DNA of 64,000 nt from Asterias rubens. Lineage: Eukaryota. Position numbers and translations under genes: made by a program. This document shows positions 49,901-62,299 of this stretch, piece after piece; the stretch's first letter is position 1, and each line of letters opens with the position of its first letter. The notes under the pieces were generated by a model, which did no database searches, was not told the DNA's origin, and saw only the letters and a program-made list of their open reading frames with translations. The stretch covers positions 3,596,001 through 3,660,000 of the forward strand of contig NC_047071.1 in the NCBI RefSeq assembly GCF_902459465.1, given 5' to 3'.

Positions 49901-51893
49901 TCTACAGGCAGAGAAAGTCGACGCTGGAGTTTTATCCTTTATGTCAAAGTCTGATCCTAAATGGCCTCATCAAGCTTGCTTTGGGAGCTGGGTTATGTAC
50001 CATACGCTAAGAACCATGATACGTTATGTTCTCTCTGGGTTTGAACTTGAGCTGTATGCAACACATGAGTATCATTATATTTACTGGTGAGTAACTCTTA
50101 AGGCAACTAAGAATACATTAAAGATAGATAAATTGGTTCATTAAAAGACATCTAAAAGTACATATAAAAACAGAAAATTAAACGAACTATTACGTCTGAT
50201 TTGACTCTGCTTGAACTGTCTTCCCCCTTCTCTATTTATCTCAGGTATCTGGCCGACTTTCTGTATGCATGGTTTATCTCTACAGTCACAAGAGCAGATA
50301 GTATGCTACAAGACAATGAGGCTGCATTTACTGAACCTGCAGCTAAAAGCAGGAGCAACAAGAAGAAGAACAAGCGACGTAAGACACGACCGTTTGAACG
50401 AGAGCTAGCGATAGCCCAGGCATATCAGCTGTTGTGTTCTGCCTATTATAAGGTACTTAGCGTTTGAACGAGAGCTAGCGATAGCCCAGGCTTATCAGCT
50501 GTTGTGTTCTGCTTATCATAAGGTACTTAGCATTTGAATGAGAGCTAGCGATAGCCCAGGCATATCAGCTGTTGTGTTCGGCTTATCATAAGGTACTTAG
50601 CGTTTGAACGAGAGCTAGCGATAGTCCAGGCTTATCAGCTGTTGTGTTCTGCCTATTATAAGGTACTTAGCGTTTGAACGAGAGCTAGGGATAGCCCAGG
50701 CATATCAGCTGTTGTGTTCTGCTTATCATAAGGTACTTAGCGTTTGAACGAGAGCTAGCGATAGCCCAGGCATATCAGCTGTTGTGTTCTGCTTATTATA
50801 AGGTACTTAGCATTTGAACGAGAGCTAGCGATAGCCCAGGCTTATCAGCTGTTGTGTTCTGCTTATTATAAGGTACTTTATAAAACCAAATTAACTGGAT
50901 ATGTTCATCAAAGCTCTGCACTGTCAACACTAAGTCCATGAGAGATAAATGCACGGTTTTCCCCAAGAGATACAAAATCAAAACTTTGACTTCTTTTTAT
51001 CTTCTGTACCCAGACGGTCATCGGTTTCACAATGGACGGCAAATTAAAACGACCCAACTGTACCTTTGATAATGAAAGGGTTCGCTTTGAGCATCGGTTC
51101 AGCGTCTTCAATGCCGTTTTGACTCCTCCTTTAGTGCAATATGAGACATTCTGTGAGATGACGGATATTCGTAAGATGGACCCTAATAGGACACCGCTAG
51201 ATTTGTTTTACACAGCGTATAAACTCTTCATGCAGTCATCGTCAATGCTAGAAAAGATCCCCAACCAGACGCCAGAGGTAGGTTGCCTGGACTCTTTCCA
51301 ATTTGTAATGTTCTTTATTGATACAGCGTATTGCATGGCAACGATCCTGCAATATTTAAAATGGCAGTTTACGAAGGAGTCACCACTCTTTTGATCCCTG
51401 TGGAAGTTTCAAACTTGTTCACTTAATCTTTGTTAATGGAACGTAAGTTTCCAACGTGTGAGAGCCAAACAAGCGACCTGCCAACTTAAAATTAAGTCCC
51501 TGTATTGGCTTGATGTCCCCAGGCCATGTAAAACACTCCTCACCATGTTTATATGTCACATTTGAACATGGCTGGATGATCCCCTCTCGACCAATCAGAA
51601 AGGATAGACTGTCCTGGTCATGTATGAATATGGGAATAATGTGAAGTGAGTTATATTTTTGAATAGGGCATCTTAAATTGTGATGTGGAACATTTTGCTT
51701 CATACAACATTGTATGTTAACCACTTTATTGTTTATTCTTTTTTATCAACAGTTGAGTTCGTTAATCCGTGTTGCTAAGACCAATGTAGTTGTCATCAAG
51801 CTAATGATGGGAGGTCACAAGAGAGAGTCCAAAGTCCCTCCTGAGTTTGATTTCAGCATGCATGGCATCTTCCCCATCATTAAACTAAAATAA
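40963..51893 (+). CDS. NAA35: N-alpha-acetyltransferase 35, NatC auxiliary subunit (MAK10), ~761 aa, 16 exons
   Basis: Exons 40963-41027, 41912-41988, 42391-42487 ([14 protein letters not shown]), 43202-43391 ([21 protein letters not shown]), 44011-44178 ([14 protein letters not shown]), 45295-45405 ([10 protein letters not shown]), 45609-45659, 46113-46196, 46897-47032, 47589-47767 ([19 protein letters not shown]), 48325-48561, 49178-49276, 49908-50086, 50245-50452, 51014-51277 (RFEHRF), 51753-51893. The first two exons are less certain. Confidence 0.96.
41297..41635. mobile_element. MITE in NAA35 intron 1
   Basis: GGGAAAAGTGTCCGTATGGCGCCACC ... GGTGGCGCCATACAGAAAGTTATCC. Confidence 0.75.
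42429..43068 (+). repeat. 128-bp tandem repeat x5 containing the NAA35 exon-3 3' end and donor
   Basis: Units start at 42429, 42557, 42685, 42813 and 42941. Confidence 0.97.
44345..45087. repeat. 71-bp G-rich intronic minisatellite, ~10 copies
   Basis: (GGGTTGTGGATATGGGGTTGGACATTCACCATCAGAGATTATGGGTATGGGGTTGGAATTGCCCACTAGTT)n. Confidence 0.97.
46361..46748 (+). mobile_element. K1 MITE copy
   Basis: Same TIRs and body, with TTAA on both sides. Confidence 0.9.
47030..47535 (+). repeat. 146-bp tandem repeat (~3.4 copies) starting at an NAA35 donor
   Basis: CAG|GTATT recurs at 47030, 47176, 47322 and 47468. Confidence 0.96.
47870..48090 (-). mobile_element. tRNA-derived SINE, reverse orientation
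   Basis: Contains AGTGTCTTGCTCAAGGAC..GAACCCACACTCT.CTGATCAGAAACAC. Similar copies at ~48730-48920 and ~52490-52690. Confidence 0.75.
49637..49801. mobile_element. MITE, same family as 2012-2179
   Basis: CGATTTCACAAAGAG ... GAGTTTTGTGAAATCG inverted ends. Confidence 0.8.
50391..50880 (+). repeat. 70-bp tandem repeat x7 of an NAA35 exon 3' end plus GTACTTAG
   Basis: Units start every 70 bp from 50391. Confidence 0.97.
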
Positions 51894-53392
51894 CTCTCTA
51901 AAAGTTAATGAGGGGTCATAAGTGACTGTTAATGACTGCCCTAGGGGTAAGCCTTGCTTATTGTGTACAATACTCAGATGCGATTTTATGTTTTTTATTA
52001 ATAGATAAAGTGTTCTAACCTAGTCTAATCTATTTTGGAAAAACCTCCACATTGGACTTTTTAAACAATTATTTGCAGTAATAAGTTTGTCCTAAGATCT
52101 TCAATATTTAAGATTAGACTTCCTTCAGTTCCATCGAACATATTATTTTGAACCATCAAATCGCATCTTACAATTTGCAGGGTGGTTCTGAAATAAGTGT
52201 ACAGTCTTGTATGGCATAGTGCATGCTTCATTCATATGTAAAAAAGATGGCAAGTAAACAAAAACAAAAAGTTTCAGTCAGACTTTTCTGATAACAAGTA
52301 GTTGATAACTATAACATAAAGTATTTATAAAGCACCAACAGTCTAGTTCACTTTTCTGAGGTGCAGTAAGTTAAAGATGAAGGTATGCAAACTGTTTGAA
52401 TTATCATACCCATTTATGTAGAACCTTATAACGGTAGCCAATGTGCTGCACTACATGCAATCTGCAAGCAATCTGCAACAAATGCCACCAAACAACATGG
52501 CAAACCCCTTCTCTCAGCTATGTGTATAAGAGTTATTTTATGTGCATTGCACAACACACAGGACCTGTGTGTTTATGCCCTATTCAAAGGACAACGTAAC
52601 AGTGGTTTAGTGTCTTGCTGAAGGGCCCAAATGTCACAACCAGGACTCGAACCCACACTCTGCTGACCAGCAACACCGCTACGGCACGTCACAGTGAAAG
52701 GGATAGATACTTAAACATCAAGTCTGTATTGTCACAAATCAATTTGTTTAATCATGGACTTTGTAAAAGATGTCTTCATAGTTTTCAGTCAAAATTCTGC
52801 TAAAACATCCAGATGAAAATGCAATTTTTTTGTAGTTTATCCCACAAGGGGATATGAACACCAACCTGGCATCAGACAAAATCTCTTAATATTGGTTAAC
52901 GTCTATAATTATGATTTGCACAAATCATTTAATAATGGTTCAGTAACTAGACAACATTATCTATTCTAGTTATTGTGAAATCAGCAGTTAGCTTGATAGG
53001 ACTCGAATCCACTACAGTGTGGTTGCAAATCCTGCAGTCTAACAACTGGACCACGGTGACAAAAAGTCATAAACCTAATAAAGGTCTCCACTTATTTTCA
53101 GAAACCAAATAACATTTAAAACCAATGAAATAATATATTGGCATAAATATGACTTTATTTAACTTTCCAATTTGACACCATTCATAAAAATCTGAAAATT
53201 TAAACAATATTTAAATCACATTAAATTGTACACAACAGTTTTTTAATTAGGCATAAAATGGTCAACCCTCGACATATAGGGCTGAGTGTAATGTAGAATG
53301 GTGTACATCAATGTCAAACAGACTAAATACATTGTATATACAACAGATATTAAATCCATCACAATATTATTAATCATGTACCAATCAGACCT

Positions 53393-53652
53393 GGGGCCAA
53401 TTTCATAGAGCTGCTTTAGCAAAAAAACTTGCTCAAAAAACTTGCTTAAGCACGAAAATAGATTGCTTATTTTACACATGTTACTGGCCAAAATTTCATG
53501 CAAAATACACTGCTTGTGAGTGGTATTTAGCTGTTTTTGACTTAGCATACCAATTGAGTGGAGTCTTGGCCGGTACTCTGATTTTACTAAGCAAGGATTT
53601 GTTTGCTTAAGCAAAATTTTGTGCTTAAGCAGCTCTATGAAATTGGGCCCTG
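53393..53652. mobile_element. MITE with GGCCAATTTCATAGAGCTGC ends
   Basis: GGGGCCAATTTCATAGAGCTGC ... GCAGCTCTATGAAATTGGGCCC. Relatives near 14353 and 56801. Confidence 0.8.
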
Positions 53653-55484
53653 GTATAACTTAACTCAAGGCATGGTTGATCTATCATTGTACTCAACAGT
53701 CATTCAACGTCGGCCATTTTGTTTCTCTCACATTCAAGTCATTGTAACCAAATTGAGGGTGGAAGGGTGTGATGAGTTTTATGTACAGGATTTGATTTCA
53801 TTAAGCTATTTTTGAAGCTAAATGATTGTTTTCAAAACAGGAAACCCAAACCACTAAAGGCAGGAACCTACTTCTGTATTCAGCAAAATGTGTCTGTGTT
53901 CGTTTCAAAAACTTTGGCTTCAGCTTAGTTATTTTTTGCCCTTTATGTACATGGCTTCAAAGCAGGCAGAGAAACCCAAGACGGAGCCTAAGCCAGAGCC
54001 TTAGCCGGAACCTAAGCCAGAGCTGCAACCATGGTTTTAAATGTCAATCAATCTTGAGTGCATTGGAAGTTTCAATCTGAGTCATTTTCATATGAATGAC
54101 ATGAAAATCTTATGGACCAAAAAGGTATATTTGTCATATCCCCCGTGTCTGGTAATGATAATAACGTACGTACATAATAAAGAACCAGACTATTTTTGAT
54201 CCGTATGCATTTGGATGTGACATAAACAAAATGGCTCCGCACATTGAAACCAGAATGACCTTTTTCCTGTTGAGTTAAGGATGTCTGGAATCAATGCAGT
54301 TGGTAAATGTCAAATAATTCCAATTCAGAAACCCTTAGGAAATATGTTTGACTCTAAGCCGATAGGTTTTACATGAAATTGTATATGTCTCCGTTTTTCT
54401 TTAACCTGTTGCAAAAGGTGAATAAAACATATCAATAACTTCAGTGTATGAATTTAAATTGAATGGCGAGTTGAGATTTAATGACAAATAAATGTTTGAG
54501 ATTTACAGAGCCTTTAAGTACAATTCCTAAACTTGGAAACCAATGTGTATTAATGTGCCTGGTACTTCAGAATGGTGGATTTGCCACGTTGCTATAGAGA
54601 TGTGACGTTTAGGAGAAAACTCTATTTCATGTTCTGTGTATATGTTCGCAGGAAGTCAAATAAAGCAATTACTTTAATAAATTCATACATGATATGTACT
54701 GAGCGATTTTAGTTTTTCTTTGGCTACAAACGCCAGACCAGCTGACTGACTACTGATACCCTCACGACAAAGTCTCTAGACAATCTTATAGTATGAAACA
54801 AATGATCAAGATTTGCTGCTGAATAACACTTTGCACTAGAAGTACTATAAAAATAGAGGCTCATTAAGTACCCTGTATCTCAGAAAACGCTCAGAATTGA
54901 TCTTAACATTTCAATTCTTGACAGATATTTTCACAGTTCTTTAGCAGACATTCCAATTTGTTATTGAGCGTTTCATGGCCAACTTGCAGTACTGGGTTTA
55001 GTACTATTACTACTTCTGGGTGTGGGGAAACAACCAATCTGTCTCTTGTACTTTCTGAACATGACAACGTCTTATCGTTTCATCTATAAGTGCATGCTTT
55101 CTTCAAATTAATTTTAAAAAAACATAAAGCTCTAGAAGTACCTGTAGTAAACAACTTTAAGCTCTAAGCAATCAGGCAAAATAAACCCCAATTGCTGATA
55201 GTTTTATTTGTACTATTACAACCAGATCAACCAAGTAGAAACTTGGTTTGAAGATTCCAATGTGGCGCCCACTTGAGTCATCCCAGAATGGCCCACGCTG
55301 GATTTTAAACTGATTAAAGGAGATAAGTTCAGTTGTAGTATTTTTCATTCAAGCTGTTCATTTAAAATTCTTTAATATATTCAATTTGATTACCTGAGTA
55401 CTGATATGAAGATGGGTGTAAGTGAGTTACCTCTATGGTAATATAGTCCCTGGTGTATGGATACTTGTAAAAGTTGTGAAGGAT

Positions 55485-55835
55485 TAGCCTGCAGTGTGAG
55501 CCAGAATACTTCAATATTTCAGTATCCGGCAGTGTGAGCCAGACGGTTTATTAATCTAGGAGTAGACCATCAGTGTAAAAGAGTATATTTCAATACCAGA
55601 AGAGCAGCCTGCAGTACAAGCCAGAATACTTTTATATTGGAGGAGTATTCTGCAGTGTAAGCTTGAATACTTCAATATCGGAGGAGTGGACCAGCAGTGT
55701 TATTCAGAACAATTCAATATTGGAGGAGTAGTCTGCAGTGTAAGCTAGAATACTTCAATATCGGAGGAGTGGACCAGCAGTGTTATTCAGAACAATTTAA
55801 TATTGGAGGAGTAGCCCGGCAGTGTAAGCCAGAAC
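55485..55835. repeat. Degenerate tandem repeat (GCAGTGT.AGCCAGAATACTTCAATAT.GGAGGAGT core)
   Basis: The core recurs ~7 times with substitutions. Confidence 0.8.
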
Positions 55836-56981
55836 ACATAAACATTAGGCAGATCAATTCCACAAACGTCTTCTAATTCTACTGGGATAATTTAGCTTAA
55901 TTTTAAAATACACATAATATGTCAGCTGCCAATATTAGGCTTGTTTTGGTCCCATCTCAAATTTCGTTAAAATTGATACATCATGAAAAATTGACTTTTG
56001 TAATTGAAAACATCCGTTACAGTAACACAAAACTGGATCCTATATTGACATACAACACACTGATTGCCAATAGTGTAAATACCATTAAACACAATCAATC
56101 ATAAATGTTAAGCTTTACAGTTATTGTTTATTTCACAGTGAGAGACTGTATATTCTTATAAATACAAAATATTTAATGAGTTGCGTTGATAAATTAAAAA
56201 ATAAAATAATTACATCAAATGGCAGTAAGAGATATTTGTATATGGATTTGGGAAACAGTGAGAAATACTTCCTTTCGTAACTATGGGACTCATTTATGAA
56301 AACAATGCATTAAGGCCAGAGATCACTCATTGAAATATAGGATATTAAAAAAAAAAAAAAAAACATGAAACAGTGATTCTTGTCAAATAGGTTATCACTG
56401 GTATTGATTGCATGGTTGGTAACCTAACTACTTAATGAACTCATCTTGCTTATGCTCAGCCTTAGAATTGCTGACTAAACAAGTGTACATGAATGAACGG
56501 CTTAGGGTGTGGCTGACTTCAATGTCAGCCAAAGCCATAACCAACAACACTCCATCAAATACATCCAACTACATGTAGTTCTACACATTGTACCAAAAGA
56601 CAAACCTAGTGTGATTGCTAAGAATGTCACTATTCAACATTCTTTGTTGATATTTGATAAACATCCATGACATGACGGTTGACATGACGATAAGGAATAC
56701 AGTCAGGACGGGGGCCTCGGTGGGAATAATATATTAATACACTCATTGACAAAGTAGTTCCAAACAATCAAGCCCCAGAGGGCGGGTCAGACAAACATAA
56801 AGGCCCAATTTCATAAAGCTGTTAAGCAGAAAATATTGCTTCACAGACTTCTTTGCTATAGGAAAACAAAAATTAAGTCAGGCACCACCACAACAACGCC
56901 AACTTGATGTAATTTGGGCAGGGCGCCTGATTCTGCTAGCAATACTATTCTGTGCTTAGCGAGTTTGAGTGCATACAGGCT

Positions 56982-57688
56982 TTAAAGGCAGTGGACACTA
57001 TTGGTAATTACTCAAAATAATTATCATCATAAAACCTTACTTGATTACGAGTAATGGGGAGAGGTTGATGGTATAAAACATTGTGAGAAACAGCTCCCTC
57101 TGAAGTGACGTAGTTTTCGAGAAAGAAGTAATTTTCCACGAATTTGATTTCGAGACCTCAAGTTTAGAATGTGAGGTCTCGAAATCAAGCATCAGAAAGC
57201 CCACAACTTCGTGATACAAGGTTTTTTTTCTTTCATTATTATCTCGCAAAGTCGACGACCGATTGAGCTCAAATTTTCTCAGGTTTGTTATTTTATGCAC
57301 ATGTTGAGATACACCAACTGTGAAGCTAGTCTTTGACATAGCCTTCACAGGTGGTATATCTCAACATATGCATAAAATAACTAACCTGTGAAAATTTAAG
57401 CTCAATCGGTCATCGAAGTTGCGAGATAATAATGAAAGAAAAAAACGCCCTTGTCACACGAAGTTGTGTGCGTTTAGATGGTTGATTTCGAGACCTCAAG
57501 TTCTAAATCTGAGGTCTCAAAATCAAATTCGTGGAAAATTACTTCTTTCTCGAAAACGATGGCACTTCAGAGGGAGCCGTTTCTCACAATGTTTGATACC
57601 ATCAACCTCTCCCCATTGCTCATCACCAAGAAAGGTTTTATGCTAATAATTATTTTGAGTAATTACCAATAGTGTCCGCTGCCTTTAA
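56982..57688. mobile_element. Two K1 MITEs fused head-to-head (fold-back composite)
   Basis: A minus copy at 56982-~57338 is joined to a plus copy at ~57339-57688. Both lack the left TIR. Confidence 0.85.
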
Positions 57689-58184
57689 AGCAAATTCATA
57701 ACTGACTTAGTAAAGGATCAAATGGTCGAGGAATATTGGTTAAAATTGTTTCTGTTAACATGACCTGCCGTTGCAGATTTGTATGCTTAGCTGCTCTGCC
57801 ACATTGGCAACTCAGTGTGACTTTCCTATACTAAGCAGATTGTCTAGCAGATTTTTCAGCTTAGCTGCTTTATCAGATTGGTTCCTCCGCCTAATTGTAT
57901 AAAGCTGTTGGGCAAAAGAATGGCCCAGAACAGAAAAGCCTTGCTTAGTAGAAACAGGGTACCAAATTAAAATACACTATAATGTACAGTGCTCATCACT
58001 GGTGTCCTGCTAATAGTCACTAAGCAGATACAATCGATGTATCTTTACAATCATAAGGGAACTAAACACTTGTCTCCCAAATAACGTTTTATTCAAACTT
58101 TTAACGCAAGCAGCATCTTGGTTCTCTTCAGTTATTAATAATAATTATTTGTATCTGCTGCTCAAATTGAATTCATCTTGATGT

Positions 58185-58390
58185 TTTCTTCAGCTGCGCC
58201 ACGCATCTGGACCTCTCTACCACTTAATCTTAGATCTTGTCTTTGTACCACAACATTCAAATCTCTTCTCAAAACTTATCTTATGTCACAGGTTTTCAAG
58301 GACTAATTTGGTTGTGTCTGTTTTTCTTTGTTTTGTTTTGTTTTGTTTCTTGTTATTATTATTAATATTATTATTATTATTATTATTGTT
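58185..58390 (+). mobile_element. L2-type LINE 3' fragment with (TTA)n tail
   Basis: FSSAAPRIWTSLPLNLR..TFKSLLKTYL, then T-rich and TTA repeats. Confidence 0.7.
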
Positions 58391-60896
58391 AAATATGCTT
58401 AATGACATCAAACAAAACCAAAATTAAAACTTGAATTTTTGAAAATTCAACAAGTAAAAATAAATAGTAAAACTAGACATAGTTGCATTTGTGCACAAAT
58501 GCAGAGCTGTTTCGTTAAGAAAATTTTCAATTTTTTGTCCACTTAATTTGAAATTCTCTTTGCATCAAAGTAGTTATGACCAATCCAGTCTATTTAAAAA
58601 AATAATTTGGATTATACCATGTTCGGATAGCATTTTATGACTTAAAGGTGCAAAAATGGAAAAAATCATGACAAATCATTTGATGACGTCATCATGACGT
58701 CATTTCACATTTCAAAAGAACTTGTCAATATCCAACAATTTACCAAGTTTCAACATGATCGCATAATCACTTAGGGAGTTATATTAGTTCAAAAAGTGCA
58801 CCTTTAAGGCCGCGTCACGTGACCCCCGATGACGTCATTGATCTGAAACTTCACACATATGATGGCTGCCTGACAGTTAACGTGTGTGTAAAATTTGAAG
58901 TGATTACAAAAAATTTCACCACACACATCTTCAAAAAGTCCATTTTGACGAGTTTTCAACCTGCCGCTAGAGGGCGCTGTTGCAATTTGTGACGTCATCA
59001 ATATTTTTTTTTAACTGCCCACCCTTGCTAGACACTTTTTCAACCGGAAGTAGAAGTCATGTGAGGTCACGCACACGAAACAAAATGAAGACCTAATTTA
59101 TCCCTACCACATCCCACAAACAGAAACCTGAAATAATAAAAAAAAACTTTAACAAAAACAAGAGCTGTTTCGCTGCGCTTCGCTACGAAACAGCTAATAA
59201 AGACATTTCAACGTACTTCACATTTTCAAGGATGCGTTTCAACTGATAGAGCTACGGTGTATTTCTTGTTACTCCGTCAAAGCAAAAAGGGGGGGGGGAA
59301 TGAAAATATCAATTGTTTAAGTATTCTGCTTTTGCATTTTTGTCTGAAGGCCTTGTATTACTCCATCACATTTGGCACAAACACAAAATATAACACACAG
59401 TTAAACATATTTACTGAACCTTAAAGCACAATGGTCAACTATTATTATATATATTGTGGAGAGATTAATCTTAGTCTCATTCTATGTACAAATATTTCTA
59501 ACAAAATGTTCTCCCCACAAAAAAAATACCCCAAAGTATCGGACACACTCTGCCAAAGTGTGCTTACAATAAAGGAAACTAAAATTGAACATAAAAATAA
59601 AAGTCAAACGAGCCATTCAAATTTCTTTCTAAAAATATAAGTTCCAGAAAACATGTGCCTTCACTGAAGTTCTTTGTTTAAAAAAATTCATACAACTCCA
59701 CAACTGAAATTCATTACGTTCATATTAGTTTCTCAAAGTCCACTTGTTGAAACATTTATGAATGATATTAACGTGATTTTGCCCTCATTTCGATTCTCCA
59801 GTTGTTTAAACCAGTGAAGGGTTTTTAATTAGCAATAATGTACAATCCCTTCACATTTTGTTTCTAGTTCATGATTTATAAAATCAGAAAACTTCAATGT
59901 GATCAAATTTTTTATGAATATTGTCTGCAAAAAATTACCTAGAATATACACTGTGTACATTTAAGATTATTTTTTCTTCAGAAAATCCCACCTTCGAAAA
60001 CATGTTCTCCAATCTTCTACATATTTCTAACACTTACTAACTATACACGTACTGTTGATTTATTCTCACATGCACCCACACACAGACATAAACCTTTTTT
60101 ACAAAATAAACTCTTCTTATACAATATATCACATTATTTTTGCTTTTTATATAAACATCAAATATATCGGATAGAGTTTATTTCAACTCTTAGTAAATTC
60201 TGATCATTCTTACACATTAGAATATTTAATTCATCTGTACAAAAGAGGTATCATATTTTTGGTTGACTCTATAAACAACGCCCTAACGAAGAGCAGCAAA
60301 GAGTCAACTAATTGTTCAAAATGTAAAAAGTTCAAAAAGGAAAATAATCAAATTGAAGTGTTTTTGAAAGTACTGATGTTTAATACTTGGTTGACCAGTG
60401 TTATAGTGTTCACTTCTCAATAGTATGTTGGGATACGTTTCATTCCATCTGTTAGTCAAACTCCAAACAACCACTTAAGGTTTGAAGAGACATTTCAATC
60501 GTTTTCGTAATACTGCTTCAAAAAAAAAACTACTTAACACATTTCTTCTGCTGTGAACTAAGCAGAGCACCAGTCAAAAACAGTGTACATTGTAACTTGC
60601 CTGGTAACCTTCTAACTTGTAAGCAAAATTGATTTGTGCTTAGCTAAATGTAGTGCTTAAGCAGCCTAATGAAGTTTGAGATGCACAATGATATGGCTAA
60701 GTGCTGACTACAACACTGGTAGTATTATATTTATAATTCTTTTGGCAATTTCTGGCTGGCTTATAGTACATCTGCAATTATATATTTCTTTTTAACTCAA
60801 CCCGTAATGGCCCACTTTCCACTTTCTTCATATCCACATCAGAGGGGTGCATCCAGTATTATCAACAGCTTCCACGGTTGTACAGAGAGTATTCAG

Positions 60897-61040
60897 ACCA
60901 AGTCACACTGTAGCGATAACGAAAACGATAATGAGCGTGTGCGTGTGCGAGCTCTGCGTGGAGCAATTAACCAATAGAATGCGTTCTCTTTGCGTCATGA
61001 TCGTTATCATTTTCGTTATTGCTGCAGTGTGACTCGGCCT
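60897..61040. mobile_element. MITE (PIF/Harbinger-like ends)
   Basis: GACCAAGTCACACTGTAGCGATAACGAAAA ... TTTTCGTTATTGCTGCAGTGTGACTCGGCC. Confidence 0.75.
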
Positions 61041-62299
61041 TCAGAAAGAAAACAAGACAACAAGACAACAATCTGTGAATAATCATTGTTTGTGTATACA
61101 CAGAAAGGACAATAATTTGTAGTACTTATATCTGCATAAGGTTCTGTATCAACCTTGAACTCAATGAAGACTGTATGGTTTACAGTGGAGTATTGACATG
61201 TACTATTTCAGGCCTGGGAAGGAGGATGATCTAGACTCTCTGTACCTCCTTGCGAGGCTGTCTCTACATCAACTGACTCTGGCTACGGCTATTGCCAATG
61301 GCTGCAGTCACAATGATGAAGAAAAGGCCATTCTAGCAACAAAGACATAGCCACTCACACTGCCAAAGCTGTTAGACAACACTGGATGACCTCTGACCTA
61401 TCTTCCTAGCTATCATTATTTGCAGGAACTGTAAGCATCGGAATAGTTTCTGGGATGCTAAAGATGTATGAAGTGATTGTGTAACAATTACGCGATCATG
61501 TCACAGTACTCCGAGTCAAATCAGACATGACCACTTTAGTAAATATCAAAATATCTAATTATTCTATCAATTAATCAATGTTTAATGTAGAAAATGATTG
61601 ATTACATATCAATTTATCGATTGTTTTGCAACCACTCAGCACCTTTTACTGTATCCACACCTGTCACTATCTAGGCACAAGGACTGCTACTAGAATTAGC
61701 ATAGTCATGAATATTCAATGTGCTATCATGGCTTAATGTCAAATTCATGAATAATTCATGAATTGTGCAATTTCTCACTTATCATGGCAAATTCGTTAAT
61801 AACTCATTCCATTTTGGAAGATGAATAATTCAGTATTTTTCAATGACTAAAACACTGACTTCCCACACATGAAAAATTTAAAAGATTCTTAATCCACTTT
61901 GTAAATTCATTTGTAATTCATGAATAATTCATTAGGTATGCATGATCAGTGAATAATTCAGTATAAGCCTAATTAGTTGCATATTCAACTTATGAATATT
62001 GATGCACAATTTATGAATATTTCATCAAAAGCCAATGGTGTGAATACAGATTATAAAAACACCATTTTACTCAATTTATTCCAATAACAAGAATTAGTCA
62101 TTGAATACCAAACATCAAAAAAGTCTTGCACAGATTTGAGTCAAATTCAACAAATATGCACTGAACATTTATCACATACATAATATACATATATTTGTTC
62201 ACCATTTCCACAACAACAACAACAACAACAACAACAACACCCCGAAAATATATACTTCTCTGTTTGCTCGACGAGCACTTATCTTAAAGTGACACCATT

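Noticed and set aside
42429-50880. Regular 70-146-bp arrays as CRISPR
   Set aside because: The units are whole tandem copies with no unique spacers, there are no cas genes, and the context is eukaryotic introns.
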